Shown: positions 50,561 through 63,320 of the stretch, piece after piece
Layout of the letters: every line of letters starts with the position of its first letter
Position numbering within the stretch: the stretch's first letter is position 1
Source of the DNA: Mobula hypostoma
Taxonomy: Eukaryota
Reading direction: 5' to 3'
DNA length: 64,000 nucleotides
NCBI RefSeq assembly: GCF_963921235.1
Contig: NC_086109.1
Coordinates: forward strand, 83,080,001 to 83,144,000
Translations under genes and position numbers: made by a program
The notes under the pieces: model-generated
What the model was told of the DNA's origin: nothing
Databases searched by the model: none
Seen by the model: the letters and a program-made list of their open reading frames with translations, nothing else

Positions 50561-52174
50561 TCACTCAGTCTTTTGCTTTCTTCTATATGTAATACAAAAA
50601 AGTTTCTTCAGTGCTACAACCACCAGCAGTGTGAGCATGAAGAACATGGACAACAGAAAAACCATCACATCCACACAATAGTAAGTGTACCAGGGCAGCT
50701 GGTAGGATTCAGATTGCAAATGCCCTGCTCCTTTGTGTCGGGCAACATACTCAATCCAGAAAATAGCTCTCTCCATTGGCGACTCTGGTTGGTCCCGGTG
50801 GAGAGCAGAGAGTTTCTTCATGTTATCCCGGTAAAATGTGCCGTTTATCACCTCATTAAGTGCCTGCAAGAGATCTGTTGAATGCATAGTTGCAACATTA
50901 AGCATCTTTGCTGCACCTCGGGATTCAAGTCGGACTACATTGTCAAACTGGTCAAAAATAAGAGGCATGCCAATCACTGGTACCCCATGGTAGATGGCCT
51001 CAGAAATACCATTGGTACCACCATGAGAAATGAAGACTCGTGTGTTGGGGTGTCCCAGAAGGTCGTTCTGAGGGATCCATTTTGTCAGTAGTGTATTATT
51101 ACCTATATTGGGAAGGATTTCTCCATCATATCTCCAAATAACCTTCTGGGGTACTTGAGCGAATGCCTCAGCTATTTCCATTGCAATCTGCTTTGGTAAG
51201 GAATCAATAAGGGATCCTAATGACATGACAATAAGTCCATGCTTCCCTGAGCTTTGAACAAATTCTTCAAACTCTGCCGCTAGTGGTCGGGCTGGTTTAC
51301 ACTGGAAGCCTCCAATGTACACAATATTTGGCATGGTGGGTCTTGGGAATTCAAATACAAAATCGACTCTCATCAGCAACACATCAGCCCTCAAGAGAAG
51401 TGTTTGGATGTCTGTGTCTGGTCCCAGATGTCGATGACAGATTTCATTATAAATTGGGTATATAAATAATTTTGCGGTGACTAGCTGAATAAGATATTGC
51501 ACAATGTTTTCTGTTCTCTGGAGAAAATTCATTTTATCTGTGAGGTGTGTGTCTGGACATGGGACGTAAGAAAGTGACAATGGGGCAAAATGAGAATGAG
51601 CTTCTCCAATAATATGCCATCGAACATTATACACCATCGGGACTTTTAAATAATAGGCAAGCATTGGACCAGCAACTAAAACAGGATCTGTAAGCAATAC
51701 CTCAAAATTTGCATTCTTAAGTTGGTTTAACAAGCTTTTGTTTTCAAATATTGCACTGGTTTTATTCTGAAACAAGCTATGTAAATAATACCTGAAAACA
51801 TTTGAATATAACTGCAACTTAATTTTGCCCCATGTTGTCCAACCATTCTGGAAGATTTCCAATGAATTTTGCACAAGCAATTTAATCAGCTTGATAGGAC
51901 TAGATTGTTCAATGTATTTTTCTTTTACAGTCGTTATGAATTCAAAGAGATCGGGTCTTTCTTTTATATAGAAATTTGATGAGTAAGAAAGCACTGTGAT
52001 ATTGTGTCCATGCTCTTTTAGTTTTTCTATTAGTATCTCCATATTGATCCAATGACTTCCATCCACGGGCACAACCAATATTTTAGCCCCTTGTGTGACT
52101 GGACAAGGCAGCATGATGAAAATGCTAAAAGCACATGCAATCTGCAATCTGCCTTTCCATCCAGGACTATCCAT
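50561..52174 (-). CDS. ugt5: UDP-glucuronosyltransferase, UGT5-type, single coding exon (copy B, intact, 537 aa)
   Basis: Same architecture as copy A; 32 aa differences by manual alignment; segmental-duplicate partner of A. Confidence 0.93.
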   Translation of the reverse strand: MDSPGWKGRLQIACAFSIFIMLPCPVTQGAKILVVPVDGSHWINMEILIEKLKEHGHNITVLSYSSNFYIKERPDLFEFITTVKEKYIEQSSPIKLIKLLVQNSLEIFQNGWTTWGKIKLQLYSNVFRYYLHSLFQNKTSAIFENKSLLNQLKNANFEVLLTDPVLVAGPMLAYYLKVPMVYNVRWHIIGEAHSHFAPLSLSYVPCPDTHLTDKMNFLQRTENIVQYLIQLVTAKLFIYPIYNEICHRHLGPDTDIQTLLLRADVLLMRVDFVFEFPRPTMPNIVYIGGFQCKPARPLAAEFEEFVQSSGKHGLIVMSLGSLIDSLPKQIAMEIAEAFAQVPQKVIWRYDGEILPNIGNNTLLTKWIPQNDLLGHPNTRVFISHGGTNGISEAIYHGVPVIGMPLIFDQFDNVVRLESRGAAKMLNVATMHSTDLLQALNEVINGTFYRDNMKKLSALHRDQPESPMERAIFWIEYVARHKGAGHLQSESYQLPWYTYYCVDVMVFLLSMFFMLTLLVVVALKKLFCITYRRKQKTE

Positions 52175-52200
52175 CTTGAAAATAGCTGATCACTCCGATC

Positions 52201-52223
52201 CTGTTGGAGAATTAATTAGAAAT
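52201..52223 (-). promoter_or_regulatory. Splice acceptor 26 nt upstream of the UGT B ATG
   Basis: TTCTAATTAATTCTCCAACAG|GATC. Confidence 0.65.
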
Positions 52224-54668
52224 GTTGGTAAGCATAATAATAAATAGGCAACAAAAATATTTTATATGTAGTTGTGTGTTTTCTTGTCGCCACTTTAACT
52301 CTACTCACTGTATGGACACTCCCGGTTGTAGCTGAATTTGAACGACATACAACATACAAATATAATTTGGAAGCAGAACTCAGCTGCACAACTAGGTCAC
52401 ATTTCTGGTTCAAGGGTGACAAGTTACAACAGGGATAGTGAGCAACAGTTTCTTTTCTTGAGTTCAAAGAGCAAGACTTTGCATTGCAAATACCAGAGTA
52501 AAGCCTGATTTATACTTGTTCGTACGGGCTACGCTGTAGACCTGATTTACACTTCTGCGATGCCCTACGCCGTAGCGAGCATGCATTGTTGTGTCTGCAT
52601 CGCTCTGCAATTCACCGCCAAAACGCTAGTTGTCGGTGGGGTTTCTATGCAGCTGTGCTGAGTTTCTTCGTGAGAGACATGGACGAGGAAATACATCTTC
52701 CACCACAAAGACCTGAGATTCCCACTGTGACATTTTCTGGTTTTGGATATCTTGTACTGTTTGTTCATTTCATCCTCTCAAGGTGAGAATGGGGGAACAT
52801 CTGAGTTATACAACCCGTAACATTAAAACATAGGTAGCTATTGTAGGACAGGCCATATTTTGAAGTGTGTGCTGAATTTATGGCGATATGGTTAAACCAC
52901 AAAGATAAGGAAGCTGTAAATTTGAGCTTCATCGATATACACTCAGAGATCACTTTGTTAGGTACACCTATATACCTGCTCTTTAATACAAATATCGAAT
53001 CCAGCTTAAGGCGATGTGGCTGAGGGTGAGCAACGACTTCATGGTGGTTTTCAAAGTAAGAAATAAAACTAAATATTTTCTTTATAACATATTTCCTATA
53101 AATATTCATGGTACACGGTCACTGCAAACAACGAGAAAGCAAGGCTGAGTTGAGGGTCGAAGTGTGCATACAGGAGCAAGGACAAGGCACGTTCAGACAG
53201 AGTCAGAGTCGAAGCAAGCGGAGTGGAGGAGACTCAGAGCCCTTGCACCTAAACCGGTAGTGAGAGATTTGCTCGATCTAAGCATCGGACTAATTTGGAA
53301 ATATTGGGCATGGGCTGAAGTATGGCGGGTAGAGGGAGGAGGAAGCAGCGGGGGGCGGGGTCTAGGCCCAGAGTGTATCGATGCAGCTGGTCCCAGACTT
53401 TGAGAGAGGAATGAACCGATCTTCGGAGGATTTAAATGCCAGGCCAGATGATTAATAGGGCAGGGTGTCAGGACTGGAGGCAAGGACGGGCCAGTTCTGC
53501 TGGCCGCTCTGCAACGTTGACTCCACTCTTTGCTGAACTGAGGCTGAGGCTGTGGGCCTGCTCCGGCCCGTCTGGGCTCCATGACTGAGGCTGTGACAGA
53601 CATCCCACCTCTCCTGGAAGTTCCGGGAGTCTCCCGCATATCGATAGTGGCTCCCTGACGCCCGGAAATTATATACAATATCCCGGAAATAGATTTTTTT
53701 GAGAGGGAGAGCAAGCATCCTGATTGGTCTTTCTTTGTGCTAAGAGAGGAAACGATATGACTTGGCGATATGAATCAGCTGCACTTTTCCTCATTCCCTG
53801 TCATGTACTTTTGAATTTTAACGCACGTGAGGTCATCAGTGACCCAAGACATGCAAAGGAATGGGTCCGTGACCCATTTGTGAATGTCCCAGGTGCATCA
53901 TCCATGTCAGTGCGGGAAAAAGGTCCACTCCTGGAGCTTGCAAATTATAATGGGCTGAAAAGTATGCTAGACATAACATCTCTGCCGGCATTCTGGATCA
54001 AAGTCAAGGCTGAATATCCTGAGACAGCCACGAAAGCACTGAAAATGTTGCTTCCATTTCCAACATATTTTTGCGAAGCGGAGTTTTCTGCACTGGATGC
54101 AACGAAACAAAATCGCGGAATAGACTGGACATGAGGAACCTGCTTTGAGTATCGCTGTCTCCCACCACCCCTCGATGGGACCATGCTGTTGCAGGAAAAC
54201 AAACCCAGGGCTCCCACGGATTCAGCGATATTGGTATGTTGCAATGATTTTATATGTTCATATGAGGAAAATATGTGCTGTGTGTTTAATATCCAAACGT
54301 TACTTAAAAAGTTATGATGCTATTGACTTATAAGTGACTTATAATTCAGTGGTCCCCAGCCTCCGGGCCACGAAGAATACAGCAGTGGCCGGAACGCAGC
54401 CAGCACATCTTTAAGAAAAAAGCCAAAATCAATAAGCTAATTAGTAGGTGCCAACTGGCACGTAAATGTCGGCCCAGATCAGAGGCAACAATCAATTAGC
54501 TTGTTTATTTCGGCTTTTTCTTAAAGATGTGCTGGGTGCGTTCCGGCCACCGCTGTACCTCTGCATTCTTCGAGGCCCAGAGGTTTGTGACCACTTTTAT
54601 AATTGACCTATCACTACATTCATGCAAGGAAAATGTGCGCTGTGTGTTTAATATTAAATTCATTAGAT

Positions 54669-55889
54669 CGAGGTCCCCAACCTTTTTTGCAGTGTGGACC
54701 GGTTTAATATTGACAATATTCTTGCGGACCGGCCGACCCGGGGGAGTGGGGTGGAGTAGGGTTGCCAACGGACAAGAGTAGCAGTCAAATACACTGTGTT
54801 TACCCCGAGAAAGACTACAATGACCATGAAGCCTTGTGCGGGCGCCAGTGCGCATGTGTGACCAGTGCATGCGCCTGCCGATTTTTTTCCTGCAAATCGT
54901 TTTTGGCGATTCTGTTTGCGGGGGGGTGGTGGTGATGTTAAACACGACTGGAATATCGGTAATCAGTGGCTAATACACTCAGTTTCGTTTCTAAAACTGT
55001 TTATCTAACGAATTTAATATTAAACACACAGCGCATAATTTCCTCGCATGAATATAGTGATAAGTTAATTATCAGGGGAGGACAGGGGAGCTTGAAGTAA
55101 ATGTTGAACGAACTGCCAGTAGAAGTGGTAGAGGCAGGTTCAAGATTATCACTGAAAGAAAAATTGGATAGGTATATGGACAGGAAAGGAATGGAGGGTT
55201 ATGGGCTGAATGCAGGTCGGTGGGACTAGGTGAGAGTAGCGTTCCGCACGGACTAGAAGGGCCGGGATGGCCTGTTTCCGTGCTGTAATTGTTATATGGT
55301 TATTTAAGTAAGTCAATAGCATCATAACATTTTAAGTAACGTTTGGATATTAAACACACAGCACATATTTTCCCGTATGAACATATAAAATCATTGTGAC
55401 ACACCAATATCGCTGAATCAGTGGGAGCCCTCAGCTTGTTTTCCTGCAACAAGACGGTCCCATCGAGGGGTGATGGGTGACAGCGATACTGTACTCGAAG
55501 GGGGTTCCTCATGTCCAGTCTATTCCGCAATTTAGTTTTCTTTGCATTAATTGCAGAAAACTCCGCTTCGTAGAAAATGTTGTAAGCAACGTTTTCAGTG
55601 CTTTTGTGCCTATCTCAGAATATTTAGCCCTGACTTTGATTCGGAATGCCAGCAGAGATGTTATGTCAAACATACTTTTCAGCCCGCCGTCATTTACAAG
55701 CTCGAGGAGTTGATCTTCTTCCCACGCTGACATGGATGACGCGTGCGTAGTGACCTCGCGTGCGTTCAAGCTCAACAGTGGCCGTGACAGGGAATGAGGA
55801 AAGGTGCAGCTGACTCATATCGCCAAATCATATCGTTTCCTCACGGCCCGGTAGTGCATGCTTTGTGGCCCGGTGGTTGGGGACCGCTG
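54669..55889 (-). mobile_element. Nested Buster hAT (duplicate)
   Basis: TSD cattagat at 54661-54668 and 55890-55897 (NNNTANNN pattern). Confidence 0.88.
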
Positions 55890-55901
55890 CATTAGATAAA
55901 C

Positions 55902-56257
55902 ATCTGCAGAATTCCTGTTGTTTACGTTTTTAAATTCACTACTGCGAAGCCTCTTCCGGTGATGCCTACACCGAAGAAGTTTAGATCCTCTCTTCGACGG
56001 GAGTTCAGTGAAACCATCTCTCACTGCTCCCCATGAGTAATTTCTTCGGCTCTTCAACTTTTCAACCACATTTTGCATTTTGGATTTCCCCCTCCCCCTC
56101 CCAATTTCAAATCTCTTACTCACTCTTCCTTCAGTCAGTCTCGGCCTGAAACGTTGACTGCACCTCTTCCTAGAGATGCTGCCTGGCCTGCTGCGTTCAC
56201 CAGCAACTTTGATGTGCGTTGCTTGAATTTACAGCATCCGCAGAATTCCTGTTGTTC
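55902..56257 (+). mobile_element. Internally deleted Penelope element (pLTR end, ORF start, pLTR) inside a hAT
   Basis: Terminal direct repeat catc(t/c)gcagaattcctgttgtt at both ends; absent at the paralogous site near 21646. Confidence 0.75.
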
Positions 56258-57364
56258 TAGAAACAAAATTGAGTGTATTAGCCACTTACAAGTGACTTAT
56301 ACTTGACTTATATTCTGGTTGCGTTTAACACCCACCACCCACCTCCAGGTCGGCCAGTCTGCAAGAATATTGGTGCAAAAAAGGTTGGGGACCCCTGATT
56401 TAAACTAGCTGGCTAGCTGCCAAGGAGCTACGCTATTGATGTCCTATGTGATGATGCCAAACTCCCTGTAGATTTGCTTAAAGTTGTAATAGAATAAACA
56501 TAAGTACATATTTTAATGTCACATTTGTGCATACACCCAACTTGGTTTATAGATTAGACAAAATCACTAACCAAATTATTACATACACCTTTGGAGGTCG
56601 GCGGGGTGGAGGTGGAGATATGGGGTCACGGGGGGCGGGGGTGCTACCTCCCTGAAATGAGTTTCTGCAGGGTGGGACGTCTGCTGTGGGCCTGCTCCGG
56701 TCGGTCTGGGCTCCATGTCTGAGGCTGTGGGCCTGCTCCGGTTGGTCTTGGCTCCATGTCTGAGGACTGAATTTCATTCTAAATGCTTTTTGCTTACTTT
56801 CATTGCTTGCACCTAATAAAGTGGCCGCTGCATGCCTAACTTTAACTATTGCTGAGAGGAGAGGATGGGATAACTTTGCCAGAAAGTATCACTGAAGCAT
56901 AACAATTATTGCTGCTGATGAATTACCTCAGCGCACCATGTCAATGTTGTATATGTGGTCATGTGGATTTGGTGAGACACAAAAACTGTCCCTTGGTTTA
57001 AGCCTGAAACTAGAACTTACTTTCTCATTCCACAGACAATCAGGGCTATACATTCTAGTGTTTGATTATGTTACCTGGCCTGCAATGAAATTATCATGAT
57101 TCAAACATGTTCAAGTTTAATTGTGATTTCACCACGAATGAATACCCATGAATACAGTCAAACAAAACTGCATTATTCCAGGGCCAAGATGCGACTCACA
57201 TTACCAACAGTCACACACAGCACAAGGCACACATTATACATATAATTATGATAATAGTAAAATAGAGTCTCACACAAATAAAAGACCCTGAGTCAAGGAA
57301 GACGTTAGGTGGTCATCGCAACGTAAATGCAAGAGTTTCGGCAGATGCTGGAAATCCAGAGTAA

Positions 57365-58086
57365 AGGCTGATTTATACTTGTGCACAAATGTACGCCGTC
57401 GGCCGCGAACCCTAAGCTGTAACCTAACACGCACCTCTCCCATAATGTAACTACACGTCGCAGCGACGCAGACCGAAACAACTGTGATTGGGTCCACTTG
57501 GTAGCATCGCATTTCCTCCTACGCTGCAATAGCTTCCCATTGGGCGACTGAAGGGCAGGGAAGGAACTCTGGCTGCAATGGTTTCCATAAAGCTTTACAG
57601 ACCTCCGAAATTATGGAGGACCCTGTGCTTGATGCCAGTTTGTAGCTAGCTGCTACAGCCTGTTGACTTCCACCTGAAGCTAAAACTCGAATGGTGATTG
57701 ACAGTCTCTGAGTATACTGTGCGTACACCGATGCAAAATAAATGGTTGGAGACGATGAACCAAATCGTCAAATCTACCTGCCGACATCGGAAAATATTTG
57801 AAATGCATTTCCTTGTCCATGTCTCTCAGTGGCCGGAGAAGCACAGAAAATTCACCCTCCTTCAGTTTCAGTCGCCGTTGTTTGAAGTTTTGAGTTTCTT
57901 CATGTTGAGTTTCAACACTAAGAAACGCAACACAGTGGCACAGAAACCACACTGCCAACTAGCGTTTCGGCGGCGAATTGCAGCGCGACGCAGACACACC
58001 ACCACACAAGTATAAATGCTCACAACGGCATAGCCCACTTGCGTAGGCTACGGCGCAAGCTAGTACGGACAAGTATAAATCAGCCT
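57365..58086 (-). mobile_element. PIF/Harbinger deletion derivative
   Basis: 18-bp perfect TIR AGGCTGATTTATACTTGT; TAA TSD (57362-57364, 58087-58089); transposase fragments [14 protein letters not shown] and [20 protein letters not shown]; inserted in a pLTR. Confidence 0.92.
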
Positions 58087-58439
58087 TAACACACACAAAA
58101 TGCTGAAGGAACTCATCAGATCAAGTAACATCCATGGAGAGGAATAAAGAGTCAATGTTTCGGTCACGACTCTTCATCAGGACTGTTGAAGCATTTCCTC
58201 ACCACTTAATGCACAGTTTAGGACACCTTTATTTTGACACTTGTTATTCCTGCTGTTTGGATAATATGCGAAACATGTTTCTCAGTGTACCTATTGCATG
58301 CGACAATGACAATAATAAACCAATTCACCAATTTAAATTGATCAGAATGGTGCAAAGTTTGAACAGAGTTAGTCATAGAATAAGTAGAAAAAGATCGCTA
58401 CTGATAGGCGAGATTGAAACAAGATTTCAATTACACTTC

Positions 58440-59906
58440 ACATTCTCTGGATCTCTGCAATGATTTCAAGCTCCCTGGCCCCCATCATTTTATTTTCACT
58501 ATGGATGTCCAGTCACTATACACCTCTGTCCCCCACCAGGAAGGCCTCAAAACTCTCCATTTCTTTCTGAACACCAGACCCAACCAGTTCCCCTCCACCA
58601 CCATTCACCTCTGTCTAGTGGATCTTGTCCTCACTCTCAATAATTTCTCCTGTGTCTCCTCCCACTTCCTTCAAACAAAATGTGTAGCCATTGGCACCTG
58701 CATGGGTCCCAGCTATGCCTGCCTTTTTGTTGGCTACGTGGAACAGTCGATGTTCCAAGCTTACACTAGTATCCGTCCCCCTCTTTTCCTAAGCTGCATT
58801 GACAACTCAGTTGGTGCTGCCTCCTGCAGCCATTTGAAGCTCGTCAACTTCACTAACTTTGCCTCCAACTTCCACCCTGCTCTCAGGTTTACCTGGTCCA
58901 TTTCCAACACCTCCCTCTCCTTTCTCGATCTCTTTGACTCTATGTCTGGAGACAGCTTATCTACTGATGTCTATCATAAACCCACGGACTCTCACAGCTA
59001 CCTAGACTATACCTCTTCCCACTCTGTTACTTGTAAAAACACCATCCCCTTCTCTCAATTCCTCCATCTCCTTTGCATCTGCTCTCAGGATGAGGCTTTT
59101 CATTCCAGAATGAAGGAGATGTCCTCCTTTTTCAAAGAAAGGGGAATCCCATCTTCCACCATCAATGCTGCCCTCAACAGCATCACTTCCATTTCACACA
59201 CATCTGCTCTCACTCAATCTTCCCGCCACCCTACCAGGGACAAGGTTCCTCTTGTCCTCACCTACCACCCCACCAAATTCCGCCACCTCCAACAGGATCT
59301 CCCCACCAAGCATATCTTCGCCAAGCACCTACGCTCCGTCCGCCAGAAGAAGCCGGATCTCCCAACAACTGTTCATTTTAATTTTACTTCCCATTCGCAT
59401 TCTGACATGTCAGTCCATGGCCTCCTCTACTGATGCAATGAGGCCACACTCAGGTTTAAGGAACGATACCTTACATACCGTCTGGTTAGCCTCCAACCTG
59501 ATGTCATGAACATTGATTTCTCAAACTTCTGGTATTGCCCTCCCCTCTTCTTCAACATTCCCCTCTCTCACCTTATCTCCTTGTCTGCCATCGCCTCCCT
59601 CTGGTGCTCCCCTCCCCTTTCTTTCTTCCATAGCTTTCTGTCCTCTTCCTGAATCTCTTTCACTAATCAAATTCCCAGCTCCTTATTTCACTCCTCCCCA
59701 TCCCGGTTTCACCTATCTCCTTGTGTTCATCCCTCCCCTCAACTCACCTTTTAAATCTAGTCCTCATCTTTTTTTTTCCCTCCAGTCTCTCAGCCTGAAA
59801 TGTCGACTGTACCCTATTCCACAGATGCTGCCTGGCCGGCTGAGTTCCTCCAGCATTTTGTGTGTTGCTCGGATTTCCGGCATCTGCAGATTTTCTCTTG
59901 TTTGTG
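58440..59906 (+). mobile_element. Penelope-like element, 5'-truncated and internally deleted
   Basis: 339-aa RT-like ORF 58414-59433, GIY-YIG remnant, 3' pLTR at about 59780-59906. Confidence 0.92.
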
Positions 59907-60649
59907 TTCGAAACAAGATTTATTTATTTAGAGATTCAGCGTGGAATAAGATGTTCTGGCCCAGCAACCCACCTATTTAACTAAATTGTCCTAATCATAG
60001 GACAATTTACAACGATCAATTAACCAACTAATCTTTGAACTATGGAGGAAACCCACACAGTCATGGGGAAAGTGTTCAAACTCCTCTGTTAATATCATAC
60101 AATCTAAAAAGAGGTTCAGGGGAACCATTTCTGACATTGGGTTGGCGAATGCTACCTTCCACTGCACAGCATAAAAAAAAAGTCAGCTTCTACTTTCAAT
60201 TCCTACTTTCTTAAAATACAATCTGTAAAGCATTCACAGACAAATGCACAGGCAAGTTTTAGAACTCAAGATTATCTGTTATCATTATCTGAAAGTGCAA
60301 GGTAGTTTACATAATATGCTACCTTTTACCTTTTACTTACTGTGCGGTTGAAAGTAATAGCTTCAAGGTTGCTGTGACTTCAGCGAAGGAAAAGTGTATG
60401 GCACTTTTCTACTGGAGGCACCAAAGCTCGTCAGCTTCTTTTATCATTATGTTATTCTTTCCGCATTTTTCTATTCGCAATCGTATTATATTTCTGTTTT
60501 CAGCAACAAGTTCAGAGGCAGAGTCTTTCTGAGTCATCGCTGTTTTTATTAAACACTTCTTGTTTCAACATTTTCCCCACGACTGCATGGGCTTCCTTAC
60601 ACACACAAAATGCTGGAGGGACTAGGTGGGTCAGTCAACAAATCCTTAG

Positions 60650-61575
60650 CACAAGAGGTTCTGCAAACACTGAAAATCCAGAGCAAACCATGCAAAATGC
60701 TGGAGGAAATCAGCAGGTCAGGCAGCATCTATAGAAAGGAACAAAGAGTTGATGTTTTGGTCCGAGACCCTTCATCAGAACTGGAAAGGAAGGGGAAGGT
60801 GGTGCCGGGGGTGGTGGGGAGGGGGCGAATAAGCTCGAAGGTGATAGGTGAGGCAGGTTGGTGAGGGAGGGGAGATGAAGTGAGAAACTGAGAGGTCATC
60901 TGTGAAAAAGGGTAAAGGGCTGAAGAAGATGGAATTTGATAAGAGAGGAGAGCAAACAATGGGAGGTAGGGAAGGAGGAGGAGCACCAGAGGGAGTTGAT
61001 AGGCAGGTAAGGAGAAGAGAAAAGTTAAGAGGGGAACCATAATGGGGAATGGAGGAAGTGGAGAGGGGCATAAATGATCAGAAATTAGATAAGTCAAGGT
61101 TCATGCCATCAGGGTGGAGGCTACCCAGACAGAATTCACACCTGAGAATGGCCTGATCTTGCAGTAGAGGAGTCCATGGATGAACATGTATGAATGGGAA
61201 TGGGGATTGGAATTAAAATAGTTGTCCACCATATAATCCTGCTTATTACAGACAGAGCAAAGATGCTCAACAAAGCAGTCCCCCATTGACACTGGGGTCT
61301 CACTGATGTAGAGGAAGCTGCATCGGGATCACCTGATACTGTTAAAGTGTTGCCTCGCCTGGAAAGACTGTTTAGGGCCCTGAATGGAGGTGAGGAAGGA
61401 GGTGAACGGGCAGGTGTAACCCTTCTCCTCTTGCAGGGATAAGTGCCAGGAGAGGGATCGGTGAGGAGGAACAAGTGGACAAGGGAATCACGGAGCAAGC
61501 GACCCCAGCAGAATGTGGAGATTGGGATAGGTAAAGATGTGTTTGGTGGTAGAACCTCATTGAAGATGGTGGAAA
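60650..61575 (-). mobile_element. Penelope 3' portion (GIY-YIG + pLTR)
   Basis: LRDSLVH..PGTYPCKRRR, GDCFVEHL..HGLLYC; hammerhead-like ctgatgaagggtctcggaccaaaacatc on the minus strand at about 60747-60782. Confidence 0.85.
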
Positions 61576-61630
61576 TAAATGCTCCTCTCCTGTCAGATTC
61601 CTTCTTCTTCAGCCCTTTACCCTTTCCACC

Positions 61631-62288
61631 TGTGAGGGGATCCAGGAGTGCCCCTATTAACTGTTTGAAGAGAGACAGAGACAGACATTCATCATTGATG
61701 GTTTGTTTGGAAAGGAGAGAGTGACAAAGATTAACGGTTGGACTGTCACTTTAAGGCATTGGAAGTAACTTTGGATTTTTACTGAGTTTGGAGTTGGAGA
61801 CAGCACCGAGCAGCTCGTAAGTTGCTATGGTGACCGAAGGCGGTGTTATTTAATGGACACTTGATGTTATGATTTTCAGCAGGTTGTTGATATTTCTTCA
61901 AGGACTTGTTGCCTGCTTGTGCATTTTCTTCACAGACAAAGGAAGGAGGGACTCTTTGAATGACAGGTGATGCTCAGCACAGAGAAATAAATGGGAGGTC
62001 AGATGATACAGACCTCAGACACATGATCTGGACACTGAATGAGCATCGTTGTGCCCGCAGAGAAAGAGGGTTTTGGAGGATCGATCAGGTGGATCGATCC
62101 AAATTGCTATTCCACCGCTGAAGAAGGGGTTGACTGGTGGGGAGTTGTCTATGTGTCCACCCTTGCCGGGGTGATACCTCCACCACAGGAAAACCAGTCC
62201 CCCTAGTTAAAGTCACAGTCAGTGACTTGTAAAGGATTTCGGAGGGTGACGAGAAGATCGACGGCATCAGCTCACCTGAAAACTCAAC

Positions 62289-62354
<66 letters not shown>

Positions 62355-62654
62355 TATCTCTCTCTCTCCCCGTCGCTATTCAACTAAATGCCATGAACTG
62401 AACTGAACTTTACTCAACATCATAAGACTGTATCTTTTTAACCCTAGACTTAAAGAAGCTTGGTTTTCATACATATATTTCCACACTTACTGATTTACAT
62501 ACTTTATAATCATTGCTAACCTGTGTGATTTATTTACATCCATATTACTGTATTGCGTAGTTACTAATAAATATTAGCAGTTTATAGCAATACTGGACTC
62601 CAAAGTGTTTTCCATCTCTGCTGGTTCTTTATTCCCGTCACGGGGTACGTGACA
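61631..62654 (+). mobile_element. Solo LTR (1024 bp)
   Basis: TG...CA termini; 4-bp TSD cacc (61627-61630, 62655-62658); interrupts a contiguous Penelope fragment; AATAAA near the 3' end; internal (CT)n. Confidence 0.85.
62292..62367 (+). repeat. (CT)n microsatellite within the LTR
   Basis: Seen directly; shorter version at 23476-23512. Confidence 0.95.
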
Positions 62655-62751
62655 CACCCATCACCGCCTAGCTTCTCACTTCATGCCCCTCCTATCCACC
62701 CACTTTTTCCCTCACCTGGTTTCACCTATCACTGCCTTCCCCTCCCCCCAG

Positions 62752-63320
62752 AAACTTAGAAACATAGAAACATAGAAAACCTACAGCACAATACTGTGCC
62801 ATGTACTTGCTTTAGAAATTACCTAGGGTTACCCATAGCTCTCTATTTTACTAAGCTCCATGTTCCTATCCAGGAGTCTGTTAAAAGACGCTATCATATC
62901 TGCCACCATTACCATTTTCGGCAGCCCATTCCAAGCATTCATCACCACTCTGCCTAAAAAATTTACCCCTGACATCTCCTCTGTACCTACTTCCAAGCAC
63001 CTTAAAACTGTACCCTCTCATGTTAGCCTTTTCAGCCCTGGGAAAAAGCCTCTGACTATCCACATGATCAATGGCTCTCATCGTCTTACACACCTCTATC
63101 AGGTCACTTCTCAACCTCCATGGCTCCAAGAAGAAAAGGCCAAGTTCACTCAACCTATTCTCATAAGGCATGCTCCCCAATCCAGGCAACGTCCTTGTAA
63201 ATCTGCTCTGCACCCTTTCTATGGTTTCCACATGCTTCCTGTAGTGAGGTGACCAGCACTGAGCACAGTACTCCAAGTGGGGTCTGACCAGTGTCCTATA
63301 CAGCTGTAACATTATCTCTC
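62752..63320 (-). mobile_element. CR1 3' end
   Basis: LQLYRTLVRPHLEYCAQCWSPHYRK; (agaaacat)n tail repeats. Confidence 0.9.

Larger units (their letters stand above)
36053..62654 (+). repeat. Segmental duplication copy 2
   Basis: Matches 1-23796; has extra blocks at about 57025-60843 and 61436-61890. Confidence 0.95.

Noticed and set aside
57519-57958. HARBI1 host gene
   Set aside because: Frameshifted fragment inside a 722-bp TIR/TSD-bounded element.
58150-58184. Additional active hammerhead on the minus strand
   Set aside because: Core letters are present but stem II pairing is disrupted. Other copies (about 205, 7198, 11575, 48481, 60750) also have core mutations and are treated as decayed.
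1-62654. Duplication as an assembly or haplotype artefact
   Set aside because: Several percent divergence, many private TE insertions and a structured LTR junction argue for a real duplication; read depth would confirm.
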